Source: an uncultured bacterium (GTDB lineage: Bacteria; JAJVIF01; JAPKYR01). Taken from it: a stretch of 21,824 nucleotides of DNA. A program made the position numbers and the translations under genes. Positions 17,603 to 21,824 of the stretch are shown piece by piece (within the stretch, counting starts at the first letter, position 1; each line of letters begins with the position of its first letter). The stretch spans positions 1 through 21,824 of the forward strand of contig CBDURU010000057.1 in the NCBI GenBank assembly GCA_965369865.1, given 5' to 3'. The notes beneath the pieces are model-generated. The model worked only from the letters and a program-made list of their open reading frames with translations, was not told where the DNA came from and ran no database searches.

Positions 17603-17680
17603 GTAGAACTGCACCGTAGAACAGCACGGCAGTGCGTCTTTATATTATTAACAAGGACGCACTGCCGTGCAGTTCTACGG
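17603..17680. repeat. REP/REPIN-like inverted repeat with GTAG heads; may also serve as terminator for the convergent genes
   Basis: 28-nt arms 17614-17641 and 17653-17680 (26/28 complementary), 11-nt AT-rich spacer; internal GCAC-ggca-GTGC hairpin in each arm; partial third copy GTAGAACTGCAC at 17603-17614. Confidence 0.75.
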
Positions 17681-17773
17681 AATGTTGATTGAATTTATTT
17701 GCTTGAATCGTTTTCTGAGGTAGAAGATGTAGGCGATTATCCAGATTGCGATGAGGATGTAGGAGATGTTGAG

Positions 17774-18586
17774 CTAGTTAAGATTTTGTTTGACCTTTTC
17801 ATCGTATGCGACTGTGTCGAATCTTTGATCTATGAATTCTTCAAATGGGGTCTCTCCCATTCCTGGTAGTCGGATATTTTCATTTTGATATCCTTGTACA
17901 ATTTCATCAACTTCTGCATTTCCATGAAATGGTCCAATTATCTCAATTAACCAAATCATATGGATATAATCCTTATTGAAAGGTTCCAAAATGATTGGTA
18001 GATATTCAATATCTTCGGTGGGATCTATAAAATTTGAAAATAAAAATGTGGATTTTCGTATTACATTCACTGCGTCAACAAGTTCTTGTTTAAGATGATC
18101 TGGGAACCCCTCATAGCCAACCGAAAAGTATTTAAGTTTTTCTAAATCAAGACCACCTGTTACAACAATATCCATGGCATGCTGCAATCTTACTTCAGGA
18201 TTATCTCGTAACTTGAATAATGCAAACTCGCAAATGGCTACATTGAGCAAATCAGAGGAATTTGCAGTATTTCGAAGCTCTTCAATAACAAGAGGTTCAT
18301 CACCATGATGCAGCAGGTGGTAAAATTTGTTCATACCACCATAGAACCCTGTACGCGATCCTATGATTAGTAATTCGACTTCTGCTTGTGTAAGGTCCCC
18401 GTCCCATGCTGCTATAAAATCAGGTTCTTCACACCATGTGTGAATAGAAGTAACCCATTCCTCATGAAAATTTTCTCTGTTAATTGGGACAAGAAATATC
18501 GTAGCAGCATAATAGATAAGAAACATCAAAATCACTGCCAAGATGGTCAATTTCACTTTTACTTTGTTCTTTGACTGCTTTCCCAT
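17774..18586 (-). CDS. Hypothetical protein with N-terminal membrane anchor, low GC
   Basis: 270-aa ORF with AGAGGA SD, Lys-rich N-terminus and one TM helix; no family recognised. Confidence 0.8.
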   Translation of the reverse strand: MGKQSKNKVKVKLTILAVILMFLIYYAATIFLVPINRENFHEEWVTSIHTWCEEPDFIAAWDGDLTQAEVELLIIGSRTGFYGGMNKFYHLLHHGDEPLVIEELRNTANSSDLLNVAICEFALFKLRDNPEVRLQHAMDIVVTGGLDLEKLKYFSVGYEGFPDHLKQELVDAVNVIRKSTFLFSNFIDPTEDIEYLPIILEPFNKDYIHMIWLIEIIGPFHGNAEVDEIVQGYQNENIRLPGMGETPFEEFIDQRFDTVAYDEKVKQNLN

Positions 18587-18739
18587 GATGATCCTCTACT
18601 GCATTATGCATTAATTCTCCATATAAATAAAGACGTTCGGGATTAACGGAAAGCTCAATATTCTTGGTTTCATTGTAACACCGGGGAATGGCACACAAAT
18701 TTGGGGTCCCTCTCCCCCTTTTCTTTCAACCTGAAATAC

Positions 18740-18769
18740 TTGCACTGTGGCACTATCTACTTCTATGAT
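18740..18769 (+). promoter_or_regulatory. Sigma70-type promoter TTGCAC-N18-TATGAT for the methyltransferase
   Basis: -35 at 18740-18745, -10 at 18764-18769, ending 14 nt before the ATG; no SD. Confidence 0.5.
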
Positions 18770-18783
18770 TACGAAACACAATC

Positions 18784-19701
18784 ATGGGAGAAAAGCCCGG
18801 AAAAATTTATTCACCGAAACCTGACGGCATCGACACGATCGATCCGCTTATTACTCCGGATGAGTTGGTCTCAAATCTGGAGGATGGAAAATCGGTCCTG
18901 GATGTGGGATGTGGATCGGGCAGTTTCGATTATGCAAAGCGACCCGGTGTCGAGATCCACGCGTGCGATGTCTTCCCCGATCCCATTGTTCCCAGCCTGC
19001 CGAATGTCCAGTATCGCCAGATGGTTGGTGAAAGTCTTGATTATTCGTCGGACTCTTTTGACCTGATAATCCTGAATTTCGTACTTGAGCACACGGAAAA
19101 TCCGGAACAGATCGTCAGGCTATGTTTCAAGATCGCGAAGCCCGGCGGGACGCTGTACGTGAGTGTCCCGAATGCTGTTCATTATGAAGACCGGGCATTC
19201 CGTGCGTGCGACAGGTTCCTGAAAATAATCACCCTGAAACCATTTGACAGGATTGAGCATATCCAGCACTTCAATGAGGACCATCTCAGGTCAATTTGTA
19301 TTAAAGCGGGATTTGTTCCGAGCGCGAGAGCTTTTATTCCTGCGGGATTTGGATGGATTTATAATAACATCCAGGACCTGTCAAACCTGACAGGACTTAA
19401 AAATCGAACGAAGTTGTTTATTTTTCGCTGGAACCTGCTTATGGCGGTCGCGTGGCTCAAAATCAACCGGCTCATTAAACCCTCTGACCCAAGGCGTGGA
19501 GCTAATATAGTTTATACATTCCGGAAACCGGGCGAGGACGTTTATAAAGCCACTCCGGTTCCGGAAATCAAGGAGCGTTTTTTCTCGCATTCATGCGGGT
19601 ACTGCGGGCTTCCAGTAAATCTGGATAATGTGAATAATGGTCCCTCCCGGGACGATTTGTACTGGAAATGCCCCCGCTGCCAGAAGTTAAACATCATATA
19701 A
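18784..19701 (+). CDS. Class I SAM-dependent methyltransferase with C-terminal zinc-ribbon-like motif
   Basis: Motif I VLDVGCGSG, SFDLIILNFVLEH, KPGGTLYVSVPN, EHIQHF; C-terminal CGYC-x21-CPRC. Confidence 0.9.
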   Translation: MGEKPGKIYSPKPDGIDTIDPLITPDELVSNLEDGKSVLDVGCGSGSFDYAKRPGVEIHACDVFPDPIVPSLPNVQYRQMVGESLDYSSDSFDLIILNFVLEHTENPEQIVRLCFKIAKPGGTLYVSVPNAVHYEDRAFRACDRFLKIITLKPFDRIEHIQHFNEDHLRSICIKAGFVPSARAFIPAGFGWIYNNIQDLSNLTGLKNRTKLFIFRWNLLMAVAWLKINRLIKPSDPRRGANIVYTFRKPGEDVYKATPVPEIKERFFSHSCGYCGLPVNLDNVNNGPSRDDLYWKCPRCQKLNII

Positions 19702-19960
19702 AACTGCTTTGTAAAAAAGGGACAACCAGCCAAATTTGCCGTCAATGTTTACTTCCAGGTTTTTCTGATCTACCCGGTAAATTTGAGTGCCTGTACCCGA
19801 TCATCCTTTGAAAATTAAGGTTTCATGCAAATTATCTATACCTTTATTTCGATTAATGATTTATAATTAAGTTAATTAATCCATTCATTTCAGCCCGTCC
19901 TTACACTCGACTTGAATTAACTCTTTACCATAGAACCGCTTTTTATAGGAGACCGTAGTA

Positions 19961-21824
19961 ATGAGATTCCTTCAGATCAGTGCTGTCATCCTATTTGTTC
20001 TACTACAAGGCTGTGGTAGTAAGGTGAGCCCGGTCACAACTGCAACTAGTCCAGTAGATCCCCCGTCCCATCTTACCGATTCACAAACAACGATCCCCAC
20101 CAACCGCTATTTATGGGGAATCTGGGACGTGCGCATTTCCGAAGATCGCGAGACTGTCGAAATTGTCCCCGACCGAAGCTCCACGATGCATTTCAACGCA
20201 GTCAGGCTGATGGAGGAGGTTCCGTGCACGACCTGTATCGTAATTATTATCAAGCAGTTGATTCCCCCCAATGTTCTATCCGTTGATTTCAGGCTCGAGC
20301 ACCCTTTTCCAGGTCCGTTGAACCTTACCGCCTTCGATTTACGCGGAATCATCATAAACGGTGCCGACTATACATTTCCCGCAAACAATCGCTCTGTCGG
20401 TATGGGAAATGACAAACTGGTTCTACTCGATCCGGACGGTTACACGACGCTTTTCAATCCTACGGAATTCCCCGAAGATTCCGGCATGCCCCCGGTTTTG
20501 AGATATTATCCAGGCAAACTCAGACTGGACGGCGACCTTTCGTCAACACTGAATCCGTACATCGCCTACTCGCGGGACCTTCCAAGGCGGGTGTTTTATC
20601 CTGCGTCGGCAGAATCCAGGAATGTTCAGGTTCGACTTCCCGACGTTCCGGTCGAATTCGGTTATGCAGTTGACGCATCATGGATGCCTGTAGAAAATGT
20701 AGATAACCCGATTCAGGACTTTCCACCCGAGGCCAATTGTGTTGAGGCTTACAGGATCGACCTTCCTGATTACATGGAGGTCAACTCCGGTGAGATGGCA
20801 GAAATCACAGTGGAGATTTTTGATCACCAGAGTTATGAAACTATCTCGTTAGTAACTATAGAAGCACCTGAAATTTTTTCGGGCGTGATTCCGTTTGATT
20901 TTGTTGAATCGACCGGTGTTGAGAGCTGCACATATTCTGGCGAGATCACGAATCAGCTTAATGTTGTTCCCGGAAATTACCCGATTCTTTTCAGGGTGAC
21001 CGATAAATTCCTGGATAACAATCACGGCCAGGTTGACGCGTGGCAGATCGGCGAAGTGAATGTGCTTGAACCCCCAAAAGAGGACCCCGTTGCAATAGCC
21101 ATGGCCGATCCGTTGTCGGTTTATACAGGCGATCCGGTCCATTTCTTCGATGACGGCTCATATGACCCTGATGGTGGTGACATCGTTTTATTTGAGTGGG
21201 ACTGGGAGAATGATGGCACTCCTGATGAAACAGGGGGAAATGTATTTCATTCGTGGACTGATCCGGGAACTTACGAAGTTCAATTCCGGGTGACAGATGA
21301 TGAGGGCGCGACAGACTGGCTGGATGAACCGAATGTGATAGAGGTTTATGAAGCACCAGTCAGAGGCTGGGCGCGGACCTGGGGTTGCTTAAACTCATCA
21401 TTCGATGCTCATGGCTTTGGAGTTGCCACTGACGGCTCTGGGAATGTCTACATTACAGGGGATTTCGGAGACACTGTCGATTTCGACCCCGATGGCGGTG
21501 ATCCGCATACTTCAAATGGCAAATCGGATGTCTTCCTGAGCAAATTCGATTCATCGGGTAACTTCGAATGGGCGCGGACCTTGGGTGGAACGGGTTATGA
21601 TCGTGGCTATGGAGTTGCCGCTGACGACTCTGGGAATGTCTACGTTACAGGCTACTTCAGGGGCACAGTTGCTGATGATATCTTCCTGAGTAAGTTCAAA
21701 TTCAGTTTCTTCTTCCGCTGGTTCCAATTCCTCGGCAAGCTCATCAATCAGGTACTCATCAAGTTCATCTTCATCAAGCTCATCTTCTTCGCAGATCTAA
21801 AGCATCTCCAGCAATATGGGCGTC
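19961..21824 (+). CDS. Large lipoprotein with PKD domain and SBBP-type beta-propeller repeats (3' incomplete)
   Basis: Hand translation: AGGAG SD, MRFLQISAVILFVLLQG-C; N-domain with HPFPG..TAFDLRGI and FGYAVDASW; PKD (SYDPDGG..FEWDWENDG..PGTYEVQFRVTDDEG, ~21085-21350); SBBP repeats (WARTWG..GVATDGSGNVYITG..DFDP..DVFLSKF). No stop before the window end; sequence after ~21697 looks unrelated. Confidence 0.9.
   Translation, partial: MRFLQISAVILFVLLQGCGSKVSPVTTATSPVDPPSHLTDSQTTIPTNRYLWGIWDVRISEDRETVEIVPDRSSTMHFNAVRLMEEVPCTTCIVIIIKQLIPPNVLSVDFRLEHPFPGPLNLTAFDLRGIIINGADYTFPANNRSVGMGNDKLVLLDPDGYTTLFNPTEFPEDSGMPPVLRYYPGKLRLDGDLSSTLNPYIAYSRDLPRRVFYPASAESRNVQVRLPDVPVEFGYAVDASWMPVENVDNPIQDFPPEANCVEAYRIDLPDYMEVNSGEMAEITVEIFDHQSYETISLVTIEAPEIFSGVIPFDFVESTGVESCTYSGEITNQLNVVPGNYPILFRVTDKFLDNNHGQVDAWQIGEVNVLEPPKEDPVAIAMADPLSVYTGDPVHFFDDGSYDPDGGDIVLFEWDWENDGTPDETGGNVFHSWTDPGTYEVQFRVTDDEGATDWLDEPNVIEVYEAPVRGWARTWGCLNSSFDAHGFGVATDGSGNVYITGDFGDTVDFDPDGGDPHTSNGKSDVFLSKFDSSGNFEWARTLGGTGYDRGYGVAADDSGNVYVTGYFRGTVADDIFLSKFKFSFFFRWFQFLGKLINQVLIKFIFIKLIFFADLKHLQQYGR
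21418..21651 (+). repeat. Direct DNA repeat between two propeller blades
   Basis: 42-nt copies at 21418-21459 and 21610-21651 (3 mismatches); TGGGCGCGGACCT also at 21368 and 21569. Confidence 0.75.

Noticed and set aside
19840..19880. AT-rich quasi-palindromes; ATTTATAATT also occurs upstream of the left-hand lipoprotein gene
   Set aside because: Low-complexity AT sequence containing a plain TATAAT; distances to the starts differ, so a shared regulator is not supported.
21368..21651. Near-identical repeats whose mismatches involve adenines, suggesting a DGR template/variable repeat pair
   Set aside because: The adenine is in different copies at different mismatches, both copies are in-frame propeller blades, and no reverse transcriptase is in the window.
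7557..21799. Genome-wide TAG recoding, suggested by coding-like sequence after TAG at 17774 and 21797
   Set aside because: TAG ends the TauE and LOG genes at normal family lengths, and no conserved gene here has an internal TAG.

Overview
Gene-dense bacterial chromosomal segment of moderate GC, mostly housekeeping or conserved genes: tilS-ftsH, a TauE/SafE permease, pyrC plus a LOG-family gene, AmmeMemoRadiSam proteins B and A, a PatA-like aminotransferase with a GNAT, asparaginase II and a class I methyltransferase. Two apparently paralogous lipoprotein genes run off the two window ends; neither is in the ORF track. I found no rRNA, tRNA, CRISPR array, integrase or transposase. The observations most worth following up are: (1) a full-length FolD homolog lacking its canonical catalytic motifs, directly downstream of amrB-amrA with no radical-SAM amrS in the window; (2) an exported protein with secretin-type N-domains but no secretin barrel; (3) a low-GC orphan gene whose TAG is followed in frame by a 32-codon transmembrane tail ending in a GTAG-type inverted repeat; (4) a probable ~310-nt structured leader; (5) an abrupt sequence junction in the last ~130 bp. 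All family calls come from motif recognition by eye, not from database searches.
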